From Amphiscolops sp. MND2022 (Eukaryota), in NCBI GenBank assembly GCA_964187785.1, contig OZ076412.1, forward strand, positions 53,258,001 through 53,322,000: a DNA stretch of 64,000 nucleotides. The letters are read 5' to 3'. Below the pieces are notes generated by a model, which had not been told where the DNA came from, did not search any database, and saw only the letters and a program-made list of their open reading frames with translations. The translations under genes were made by a program, and so were the position numbers. This document shows, piece after piece, positions 10,716 through 22,133 of the stretch. Each line of letters starts with the position of its first letter. The first letter of the stretch is position 1.

Positions 10716-13700
10716 CTTCGCCACGACTCCAATATAACCAACTCGTCTCCGTCCGACAATACATCAAATCGGACCCTCCAACTAAAAACTTCCACAATTA
10801 CAAACAACAATTGATGGGCTACCCCTCTGTTGTCTGGCAGCAGCAGATGGATAAAGCTATAATCATTACTTACAACAACACCCATTTATTCCAAAAACCA
10901 ATTCCTGTCTAGGACCCGGACTATACAACTACCTTCCCTACCCGGTTCAGGCCCATTCCCCTGATCGATGATTACAATCCAATATACATCGACCCAGACT
11001 ATGGCAGAGATCCTTATTGGGACACTGAGATTTATAACCAGGACCTCTTGCAATTCCAGTATGTCCTAGATGACATTGAACACTACAACATAACAGTCCA
11101 CGAGAACCCTCTAATTACCCATAACAAGAAAACACGGGCACTAATTGAAAATTGGCAAATGAGCGATGGTACAATCCACCCAGTCTTCCCAAACCCGCTG
11201 GGAACCGAAAATCCTGAAAATATTGCCGAATCCATACAAAATTACTATTAGACGAGAAACAATCCAGAATGTACTCATAACCAAAGATGGTGAACCAGAC
11301 TGTATACCCCTGTCAACCAACATTATTCTCAAATGCAAGAAACGCATGCTTTATTTCCCAATGGACTTTGGGGAAGTGACCATTGATGGACTCATCGACA
11401 CTGGGGCACTGTCCAGTGCAATTCCTGAAATGGACCTCCGGAAAATCCGCCTTTCATTTCCACAATTTGTCATCCGGGAAGGTCCCCCTCCAAACTTCCA
11501 AATCATGGTCGCTAATGGGCAATTGGAAACTCCTAAGAGCACCATAGAGCTCAAATTCGAAGTTGGTGACATTGAGTTCCATCAAATCTTCATAGTAATG
11601 GAACATTTGACAGGACCAATCATTGGACTAATGTTCCTTCAGAGAAATCATACAGTCTTGGACATGAGACAAGGAATCCTGAATTTCCCGTTCTTTTCAA
11701 TGCAGCTTAAAACAGCTGACCACAAATATTCCAACGTACTAGAACCAATTCTCAACCCCACTAAGATAACAACTCCGCCAAATGATAGAGTCCAATATAG
11801 GACCAATTCCTTACTGTATCCTGAGAATGCGGTTACTGGGATTTTGCAACCGAGCGACCTCCTACATGAAGAAAGCGACATCACATTTTGCCCAGCCTTG
11901 GTCACTCTAAATGATGGCAGTATATCGATACCTGTGAATAATTTCACAGACCACCCTTATAAACTTAAAAAGGGACTTCATATTGCCAATTTCTTAGTCA
12001 TGACGCCAGAACAGATGAAATATGTCAAACCGGTAGACCCAGCTTCAACCTGGCACCTCTTGCAAAATGACCAAGAGCAGGCAGCCCATTATGTCAGCAG
12101 CCTCATCAAGACGAACAAAAATCCTCAGAATTCCAAAAATGACTGGTTCCCAACCCCAGAAAACCCTGGAAACCCCGAGGAACACACACCCATCCAGAAA
12201 AAAATCCTTCGAGAACTACAGGCCTTACAGGACCTGGAAACACTCGACCCCACCAAAGATGAAGAATCTCGTGCAAAATTCCTAGAAAACTTTGATTGGA
12301 AAGATTCCACCCTTACTCCTGAAGAAAAGGAGAAAATTGAGGAATTACTAGTAGAATTCCATGACATATTTGCACGACACAGATTTGACATAGGCATGAA
12401 CGAGGACTTCAAGGTGAAACTGACGCCTAAGGACGATTCCCCGGCCTATAGTCAAAGCCTTCCAGCACCTATCAATCTGAAGGAGGACATCCTAGTTGAA
12501 TTAGCCATGTTACACAAATATGGCATAATAACTACACTGCCATTTTCGAAATATGCAAGTCCAATATTCGCACAAAAGAAACCGAACGGAAAACTCAGAC
12601 TCTTGGTCGACTTGAGAAAAATCAACAACCTCATATCCGATGATTACATAAACAATAATCACCCCGTCAGTACTTAAGTCGACGCCGCCCAACACTTAGC
12701 GGGCAAAAAACTGTTCTGTAAACTAGACTGCTCACAGGCATACCACTGCTTGCCGATGGCTGACCAACAATCGATTGAAATGTTGGCCTTTAACTTCGCC
12801 AGTCGCACATTTGCATACAGACGTTTGGCACAAGGCCTTAGCCGGGCTCTGTCCACATTTTCGAGCTTTATGAGGGAATACCTTGACAAAGTCATCAAAG
12901 CGGACCAATGTGCCTAGTATGTGGACGATATCGGCATCGCAGCCAAGGATGCTGACCACCTCATAGCTAACCTGAGAGCAACATTCAAATGCATTCAGGA
13001 AGCAGGCCTTAAGTTGACAATGCACAAATGTCACTTTGGTGCAAAAGAATTTGATTTTCTCGGACGAACTATTACTCCACAAGGCGTCAAACCCCAGAAA
13101 CAGAATGTACAGAACTTTCCGGAAAAGACCAATTTCCCGAAGTCGAAAAAGGCTTTACAACGCTATTTGGGCTTCCTGAACTATAACAGGAATTATGTCC
13201 CAAGACTTTCAGAACACCTTGCTCCATTCTATAAGATGCTGAAAAGTGACGAGAAGGTCCCAGTATTGAAGGAATTAGTCCAGCAATTTGAAGAAATCAA
13301 TAAAGCACTAGACAAACGCTGCGATTTAGCCCTACAACAACCTATACCGAACAAGCAAATTGCACTAATGACTGATGCAAGTTTTGGTGCAGCCGGGAAC
13401 GCGGTCCTAATTGAAGACGACCCAAGCCAGAAATTGACGTCACTCAGAAAGTCCTATGCCACTGTAGCATATGGATCAAAAATCTTCACCCCGGCACAGA
13501 TCAAAATGTCAATTTATGCCAAAGAATTCCTTGCAATTTCTTTTGCATTCAAAGAATTTGGACACATCTTCTGGGGTGCGCCGAAACCGGTCATTATCCT
13601 TACAGATAACAAAGCTGTCACGCAATTTTTTCAAACGAAAATAATACCTCCAGCCCTGTGGAACGCGTGCGATTATGTGATTCAGTTCAATTTTGTCACA

Positions 13701-15901
13701 GCGCACATCCCAGGAGCACAAAATACAGCTGCCGACTATTTGTCCCGCCTGGAAGCGGACTCGAAGGACAAATTAGTCATCAACATCCGCGAAGATGTAC
13801 AAACGGTACCAATCGAAATAAATGTCCAATCAGAAGGGGTGTCACAGGAAGAACAAATCTTCTACACGAATGACGACGTTGAGACAGAGGAACAATACTG
13901 GGCAAGGAAAGAAGCAATCAGGAAAAATCCAGCTATTGAAGAGCCAACGGTTACAATACAAACTCTGTCAACAAATCTGGTCAAGCAACACCCTGATATA
14001 CAAGTCCGATTGAGGAAGGCGATTCAGATCATTATCGAGCAATCCAAAGATCCGGTACTACAACAATTGAAAGCAAAACTGCTTCATGAAGAGTATTCAG
14101 AAAATCTACTGCAACAGGAAGCTCGATACAGGCATTATGAAAACAATCTGGAACGAATTGTATTAAAGGACGAAATCCTGACAAGGCAATACTTTGATGA
14201 AACAGGGAACGTGGAATACCATCAAATTCTGCTCCCGCAACACTTACTCCAGGAATTGCTTCAGTCTCTTCATGGGACAGCGCACAAACACTCTGGTTTC
14301 TCAAAACTTTTGCAGGAAATTCGACAGAGGTATTACTACCCTAGCATGGCTAAACACGTCAAGAAATGGGTAGAAGGGTGTGAAGAAAGTGCAAGGGACA
14401 AACGAGTCCCCAACGCAACAATTACGCCTGAACTACTCAACTTGCCCGAATGGGACCTTGGACCTGAGGACGCCATGCAGATTGACCTATTGCCGAATCT
14501 TCCCCCAATTGGAGGATTTAAAAATGTCCTAACAGCAATTGACGTATTCTCTAGATATTTGTTCGCCTATCCTCTTACGGACGCATCGGCGATCAACGTA
14601 GCAAAAGCCCTCATTGACATTATGACTAAGCACGCATATTTACCGACAACACTTATTACTGACAAGGGTACTGCATTCACTTCCACGATCATTGCGGAAA
14701 TTACGCAAATTTCGGGGATAACACTCAAATGTGCAACAACAAAACACCCACAAACAATTGGGAATTTGCAGCGGACCCATGCCTCACTGAAAACAAATCT
14801 CAAAATGGCATGTGGAGAATACCGCCGACAATGGCACAAATACTTGCCACTAGCAGTACTAAATCACAACACTAGTTACCATACCAGCATCGGTTGTGAG
14901 CTGACGAGAGTATTTCATGGAAGAATTCCATATAATATCTTGGATCACAAGCTTGGAAACAATCCAAACGAGCAAGTCAACCCAACAACCGAATTTGCGG
15001 AAGATTTACAAAACCGGACAAAAATCCTGATTGACAAAACAAAGCATAACATTATGCAGTCATATATCAAGTACAAAGAGTATTAGGACCGCAAGGCAAA
15101 AGCCGCTCCATTAAGGGAGAATGATTACTGCTTTGTATTACAGCCGAAAGCGGATCATCAAGGATCAAAAATCCCATTCCGTGATTATAGGTGGGTCGGA
15201 CCATTTATAGTCCAAAAAGTTTTACCTAATGAAAAATATATTGTACGACGAATCAATACAAACAAGACTCAAATATTGCATCGAATTCGCCTTAAAAAGT
15301 TTGTCCCCAATCAAGCGCTTGAGGATAATTTCCGAGAACAGCGGTTACAGCCTGATGAAGAGATCGTCATTCCGCAAGACGACTTATATACCATAACGTG
15401 GGAAACAGATTTTGGCGAGCAGCTCATAACACGAGGACACGATCCTATTCCGTCTAGCTTGCCGAGTGCGGCAGAAGCGAATTCAAGTGACGCAAACGAG
15501 AATCAAGTGGATTACATAATCACGAGAGACGAATCAAATCACGCTGACTGTACGGCGCACAGCCGGAATGAACAATTAACAGATGACGTTACCAAAAGAA
15601 ATGAAGCTGATGAAGAGACTAGAAATGAAGAATCTGATTGGCCGAATCCGGCCGTTTCCCCAAAAAGTCAAGAAAAAGCTTTGCCGAAATCGGATGATGG
15701 ACTAAAAAACGATGAAAATTTTTCACAAAGAAATCCGATGAATGAAAATGATGTACAAAATTCTCCAAAAAGGGGAATGATATTATCGTGACCGAAATAT
15801 CGGAAAATGATACCAGAAAGGAAAGCCTGAGCCCTAGAGGAGGGAAGTATAATCTCAGGCCTAACCCTAACCCAAACTACTCAGAAGACTTTAGATACTA
15901 G
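10713..15901 (+). pseudogene. pol: Pol (aspartic protease, RT, RNase H, integrase), disrupted by stops and frameshifts
   Basis: LIDTGALSS (PR); YASPIFAQKKPNGKLRLLVDLRKIN and YVDD at ~12918 (RT); LMTDASFG, ILTDNK (RH); HGTAHKHSG, QIDLL, TDKGTAF (IN); WVGPFIVQKV C-terminal module; ends NPNPNYSEDFRY*. Confidence 0.95.
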
Positions 15902-17289
15902 AAAAGGCTAAATTCAGCTCACAAATGAGCCTGGAATTCTTTTTTCTTTTATCTTTTTCTCTTTACCAGTCCCAGGAAAGTATTTTTGAACAAATAATGG
16001 GACCTCAAAGGATCCCTTCCAGAAGAGAATAAATACGGGATCAAGAAACCAAAGAAACAAAATGACAAATACAACAGAAAAAAACAAAGTTTACAGTCTA
16101 GGTGTACATATATACATATGCACAATTAGTCTTTAGAGCTGCTAGTCGTAGCCTTCATCACTACGGAGGATGACCTGGACCGGGACTGGCTCCTTTCCAT
16201 ACGTCTCCGCTTGGTGTCGCTGGGCAGCCTAATAGCGGGAGCATCTCTCACGGAGGGAACGTCAGCTGCAGTAACATCCTTACAACTCGTTCCTGCCCCA
16301 GAAAGAACATAGCGATGGGAAGACTTGAAGGACTTGTAAATGGACGAACGCCCGGAGTTATCCACATATGTCCAGGGATAATATTCGGAACAGAGTCCAG
16401 ATTGCCCGAATGAAGGAGGAGAGCAGGGAGAATTTTTCAAGGCTGACATCAGTACAACAGAGAGCTAGGGAGTCAGAAACCTCAGATAGGTAACTTTGGC
16501 AAGGCAAAACTACATCCGATATTCGTGACTGAAGGCCTTGAGTGTCTACCTTCCCCATCGCCACAGCTGGATATCGGGAACTAGCAGAGGTTAAACACAG
16601 ACAGCTCAACTTGAAAAGGTAATAGAGGTGCTCATGCGTTTGCAGGAAATCAAGCCCCATAAGGAACTCTATGAGGTCACATGAGTCATCAGTAAGGCTC
16701 GGGTTGGAAGAATGGTAAGTTCGGAGATAATCCAGCAATGCCAGATACTCGTCCCTGCACGCAGCCTCGTTTGGCCCAGTGACCCAGGATCGCAACTGGA
16801 AAGTTGAATATAGGATGCCAAAGTGGCGGAGAGCCACCTCAGTAGGCCGTTTCATCATGATGTAAGGGTCAAAAGCTGCCAACCCCTTGACAATACCAGA
16901 GCTAAGACCAGTATGCTGGAGGACACCTCTGAGTAGGTGCTCGATGTACCTCTTGGCACTGGTTTTGAAGTCGGACTTGGCTGAGTCGGCTGTCTTATCA
17001 ATGACAGCCTTACTTGACTTCTTGTTGAAAAGTAATTCTGCAGCCTTCAGATTACTAGCAGCAGCCACCTTGTTGGTCATCTTGAGTCTGACTAGGAATT
17101 CGTCACCTTTCATGAATTTCCCGTCGCTAGTCCGAAAATCCAGCAAGAGAAACCAGGCACTCTCGAGAGGGACAGTGTCGTGCTCATACACCCGAAAGCA
17201 AAGCCGGCTGATGAACCTGCAAACCTCCCCGCAGAGGTAGAAGGTAGCGTCCCGTCTATGAGAAAGATTGACGGTAAAACTTGAGACGT

Positions 17290-17360
17290 CTGAAACACAA
17301 AACCAAAAGAGTCCATATCAGGACATGTGACCAATGCATACCGAAGCATAGCTTACTCAC
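17290..17360 (-). other. Intron 3 of the antisense gene (71 bp, phase 1)
   Basis: GACT|GTGAGT ... TTTTGTGTTTCAG|AC; joins ...QRLIND to YVSSFT, in frame with ORF 16358-17191. Confidence 0.8.
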
Positions 17361-17577
17361 AGTCGTTGATGAGACGCTGAAAGAATTCCAGTCTGACGGA
17401 GAAGAACTCATCGGATATCAAGGACCACTCAAAGCTCTGGACCTTGTTGTGCACACCCTGGTTCTCCTGTCGGCGGGAATGGACAGTCAGATATCGGAGG
17501 ACTGACTTCCATCGCTTGAGTATATCCCGACATAAATCCGGGAGTTTGTCTACTTCCAATTTGCTGGTAGTTATAGC

Positions 17578-17644
17578 CTAAATACAATGAGGTTATGAAA
17601 CTTGTCATACAATTGCATGTCCCTATCACTTCGTCCTACGTTAC
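17578..17644 (-). other. Intron 2 of the antisense gene (67 bp, phase 0)
   Basis: ATG|GTAACG ... TCATTGTATTTAG|GCT; joins ...AFCFTQM to AITTSKLEV in frame. Confidence 0.7.
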
Positions 17645-18157
17645 CATTTGAGTAAAGCAAAATGCACTAACTCGAGTGAGCTCAGATGATTCCAGGACCC
17701 AATCTTCAGTGACAGACCCGCCTAGGGAAACGAGGAGGCATTGTAGGACGGAGAACATGTCAATATGGCCAAACACACTGTAAGTGAACTTGTGCATCAG
17801 AAGTTGTAAATCAAGCTATTCAAATCGGAAGCAGCTCTGGATGCCTCGTGAGTAGAAATGATGCTGGTCAATTGTACGAATATAGTCCACAGAGCAGGCC
17901 GAGCAAGCAACAATGTCGGGATCGGTTGACACTACTGATATCAAACGTGACAGAGACCCCAGTTCACCGGTGAGGTCAGCAGCAGGAAGCGCACTACGAC
18001 AGATGAAAACCCTACAGAGTTTGGTCTCCCTCCAATAGCGCAGAAACATCAGACGACCTGTCCCACTGTCCTCAAGTTCGATGGAAAAATGCTGTGCTAA
18101 AGTCACTTGTTCAGCAATGTCCTCCATGACTCAGTTGAAAAAATGTTGGAATATAGC

Positions 18158-18310
18158 CTGAAATGCAGAATGGAGTCACTCACAAGATAATGCAATTTCA
18201 CCTATGTCAGCTCCCATACATTTATTTACGTGCATATATGCAATATTATACAAGTTCGTATGTTAAAGTGTAAGTAGGAATCGGAAACAGGACATTCGAA
18301 TTATACTTAC
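18158..18310 (-). other. Intron 1 of the antisense gene (153 bp, phase 0)
   Basis: ACA|GTAAGT ... TTCTGCATTTCAG|GCT; joins ...DWSEERIT to AIFQHFF. Confidence 0.75.
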
Positions 18311-21169
18311 TGTGATTCTCTCCTCACTCCAATCGAAATCGTGGAAGACTGTCTGGTAGTCAGTGAAGGACCCGACTCGTGACCATAAATTCCGGAGGAC
18401 GGTTAATTCCCCCTGCCTTTGGATGAAGTCCCCGATGAGGCAAATCTGAGTTTCAGCACGTGACTTGGGAGTTACTAAGGCTGTGGTGCTTCCTTGAGAT
18501 AGTCCCCATAGAAGGGGAACCTTTCTCCTACATCAACAAGTTCGGTGTGAATGAACTTTGGAAGTTCCAGCGCCAATTCAACTTTACTGAGGATCTTCCC
18601 GTTCTTCCCTCTAACCCTATGTTGGATTTTTCCTGTGACGGGGTCAATGCTCCTGAGATGCTCGTAGCGCCAACGCTGGTCCCTTCGGAGGTGTTTTTCG
18701 GTTCGATGGTGCCTAAGAACTTCGACCACCCCTTTCGTCTTCACAGAAAAGTTCTTTTTACACATGTGGCACCAGACCATGTGCGGATTATGAAGGGGAT
18801 CTGCGGGGCCAGATATGAAGGACCGAGTCCATCCGATCTTGGAGAAGAACTCTTCTCGCATGGGTACTCCTCGTCTCGGAGTGGTTTTGGGCTTGCGGGT
18901 CTTCTTGCCTGACTTTTTCCTTTGAAGTTTTTGCGTCGAAGGTTGCTCTCGTAGTTCTGACAATGTCGCATCAAGACTGCTTTGTCCTGTGGATTCTTCT
19001 CCTCTTCCAACTGATTCAAGGACTGTTGATGATTGCTGTGCAGGCCTGGTGTCCTCGATCGACGATCTTTTGAAACTGTTGGCTATCAGAGCCATTTCCC
19101 TTGAACTATCGCTATCCTCCGGCATTGATACACCCACGACTTCAAGCAATGCACTAAAGTCCCCACTCGCCTCTGAATCCTGTCCGGGATCGATGAGGAA
19201 TCCTTCGCAACTAGAGCTTCCTGCTTGTTGTGGTCTAGGTGTCTGGGCTCGGCTCTTGAATTGCCCAGTTGTCGAAGGGGCCGTGGCTAGCTTTCCTTTC
19301 ACTGCACCTATGACCATTTGCTCCATGGTTGTACAGGTCATGCTGATGGCCTCATCGGTCAGGACTCGTAACAAGTGGTAGATCTGAGGCTCAGTAAAAG
19401 CTACAGTTCTGTGGCCCACTGGGAAAGTGTAAGGGTCTTCGGCCTCGAAATACTGTTTTAAAATAGCCCTGCTGCGACCAGACAACTCTCTTAGTGGTTC
19501 CTCCTGTTGTCGGGCACCCATCGTTGACGTCCCAAGTGGGTCGTTAATGTAATTCTCAAGCTCAGTATCGGTGTCTTTTCCGGACTCAAGCTCTGAACAA
19601 ACTGGAATCGTTCCGTACAGTGGAGAAAGTCATCAAGTCCAGAAGCCGCTTCCGTGGTATCGATGTCGCTAGTCTCCTCGGTTACTCGAGCTTTCCCTTT
19701 GGGTAACGGGGGAGGACCACTGGTTGTTGATGAGGAGTCTTCCTCAATTTGCAAGAAAGAGGAATCTGGGACCACTCTTGATGTTAAAGCAGTGACTTGC
19801 GGCTCAGGGAACTCAGTGGAGGTGGTTACAGCGATTTGTAAGAGTGACTCAAGCTGGGATAAACTCGGCGACTCACCTAGATTCCGACCAGCCTGCGTTG
19901 GGGTGCTGGTTTTCCTAGGATCTAAGAGAGGGGGGGTGGACAAACCCCCCGTGCAAGAAGAAGCTACGGGTCTGCTTTCGTCAGTTTCCTCTGCCGGTGG
20001 CGATGCAGCAACTTGGCTTGCCTCCACTCGCTGTACCATCTACGTCGCGTAAGCAGTAACATCCACATTACTGTCAGTGCTGAGAGGGGATTCAGTAGTG
20101 TTCTGATCCTGGAATGTCACAAACCTGACGTGAGGAAGAAGAGTCGGGATCGGATCCTGAGCAAGATTGGCAGTGAGGACAGAAGACGGGTCAAATGTTT
20201 GTTCGGACTGTGCGTGGATGTTCACCGTGGTGTTGGTTGGAGTTTGATTTTCGTCTACATTCTGATTCTCTAAACAGAAAGAGATGAAATTTGGCGGTGA
20301 GCTTCCTTGAAAGAAATCCATTTTGCCGCATTAGAAAACTTCCGGAAGCGTCTTGAAAACTTGAATGAAGTGTGTTTGCACGCGTTCATTGACGGAAATA
20401 GGAAGCGTTTTATGAACAAATTTACCCCTGATCAAGTTAAATTAAGTTCAAATCAGAAACAAACCAACCTTCAGCGGATGACATTCTATGACGAGTCAAC
20501 TGTTGGGAACAAATCCTTGACTGGTTGCTGATAATTGGGAAGTCGGCTGGATCCGGCAGGAAGAGAGAGGAACCCTCCGACAGAGAGAGGTCTGCAGCTG
20601 AGTCAAAGGCGAGGAAAGACAGGTATTAACAAAGCAAATCCAAGTAAAAGATACAATTGGAATATAAATGGAATTAAGTTGGAACTGAGACTGGGTGAAA
20701 GAAATTAAAAGATTGGAGTTCGTGGCTGAAGAACATTACCAGACTAATATTATATGATTATCTACATATTTAAAATGTACATGGAGTCTGCCAGTGAAAT
20801 GTACAGAAAGTTTTCATTATTCACAGTTTGATTAGTTAGAGGCCGATTATGGCCGTTTGCCTTATTTTGTTTTACCGTTTTGTTCCGTTGTCCCAGTTCT
20901 TCTTAGTTAGAATTTTCGCCATTTTGAATTATTTTAGGTATTATTTTCGCCATTTTAATTATTCATTTTTCATTGTATCAATGAGTAACTCTGATTGGCT
21001 GAAGCCATTTTGGGTAGATTCAGTAACGCAAGCCGTTAATCACCAGCAAACAACCTGTTAATTACCCACTTGAAGTGAAGTTATTTGTTGATAACAACTT
21101 GAAGATGCTTCTCTCACCCACTTGAGAAATGATATTAGGGGGTCTTACCAACTACAATTCAAAGAAGCG

Positions 21170-22133
21170 ATGCCGCTAAAAATTCCATTCAGGAAAGTTT
21201 ACGACGACTCGGGACGAGAGGATCTACTGCCGAGTAGAAAACCCGGAAAAAAGTCCCAACTCGGCATACGACGGAATTTCAGTAGATTCATTCTGCCTCA
21301 AATTATTCAGCAATCAGTCGTCTTACCAGCTTCGAAAATCGCTAAAAAACTCATAATGAGCAAGTTTAACCTCTCAGGAAAATTGTTTGACTTTGAAGAA
21401 AATGATTTTGATAACTCCGATAAATCAGTAATCTACATATCCAGTAGTGAAGATGAGTCCTCAGACTGGGAAACCGATTGTTCGACGGACACCGAGCAAC
21501 TGATAGCCCGGATTGAAAGAGAAGTTACTTCCAGCCCAATGCTATTCGGGGGCAGGATAATGACCATGGATGAACCCGAAGAGGCGAAAGCAGAGCCAAG
21601 TACGTCTCAAGTGGAAGAAGGAGTGACACCGAAACTAGGCCTTAAATACTTCGATAAAGAAATGTGCTATGCCCCACCAAGGAAATTTGAAAAGAAGCGC
21701 ATAGAGCTCTGTAACACAATAATGCCCGTCCTATAATCGCCAATGTCTCCCCCGGAGCACGAGAGGGGTCCAAGTGTGGACACCCCCTTCTCCAGCCGAC
21801 CTCGAGTAACTTTCATGCGTCCTACCACGGCAAAATACAGTACCCTATCAAAATGTCAGTGAGGTACGTTATACAGGATGCATGGTTTGCGGCCGTTCAG
21901 TGGACTCAATCAAGGACGAAAAGCTGAAATGGTATATGCAACGATCTACACCAAGAGATGAGCCTGAATACATCACGAGACTCAGAAAGGAGGCATATGA
22001 AAATGGACTTAATGCTGGCTGTTTTCTTTTCATCACACCCGCAGTGTCGCAGGCTGCCGCCTGTGACGGTACGACAGTGACTACGTCGGCGAACGGACAA
22101 GAGTTTGTACCCGGAACACTACCCATCTATTGA
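21170..22133 (+). pseudogene. Sense accessory ORF (ORF3), one nonsense codon plus one frameshift, extending 89 nt into the 3' LTR
   Basis: ORFs 21122-21736 and 21882-22133 link through MSKFNLSGKLFDFEEND...VIYISSSEDESSD...YTGCMVCGRSVDSIKDEKLKWY...TPAVSQAAACDGTT...TLPIY*. Confidence 0.6.

Larger units (their letters stand above)
16126..20321 (-). pseudogene. Antisense, intron-containing accessory gene derived from a hAT-family transposase (TTF/BED-like zinc finger plus transposase fold), ~1300 codons with about 6 lesions
   Basis: WTRSF...VWCHMCKKNFSVKTKGVVEVLRHHRTEKH; VMEDIAEQVTLAQHFSIELEDSGTGRLMFLRYW; DILKRWKSVLRYL; GLAAFDP; HLYYLFKLSCLCLTSASSRYP; three GT-AG introns join the frames. Confidence 0.75.

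Noticed and set aside
15860-15873. Telomeric CCCTAA repeats
   Set aside because: Only about two units, explained by the NPNPN codons at the end of pol.
18460-20273. Plus-strand ORFs 18460-18912, 18989-19381, 19654-20052 and 20013-20273
   Set aside because: They are shadows of the minus-strand gene with no motifs of their own.
16126-22133. env gene in the post-pol region
   Set aside because: No signal peptide, furin site or transmembrane anchor was seen; the long gene is antisense and transposase-like.
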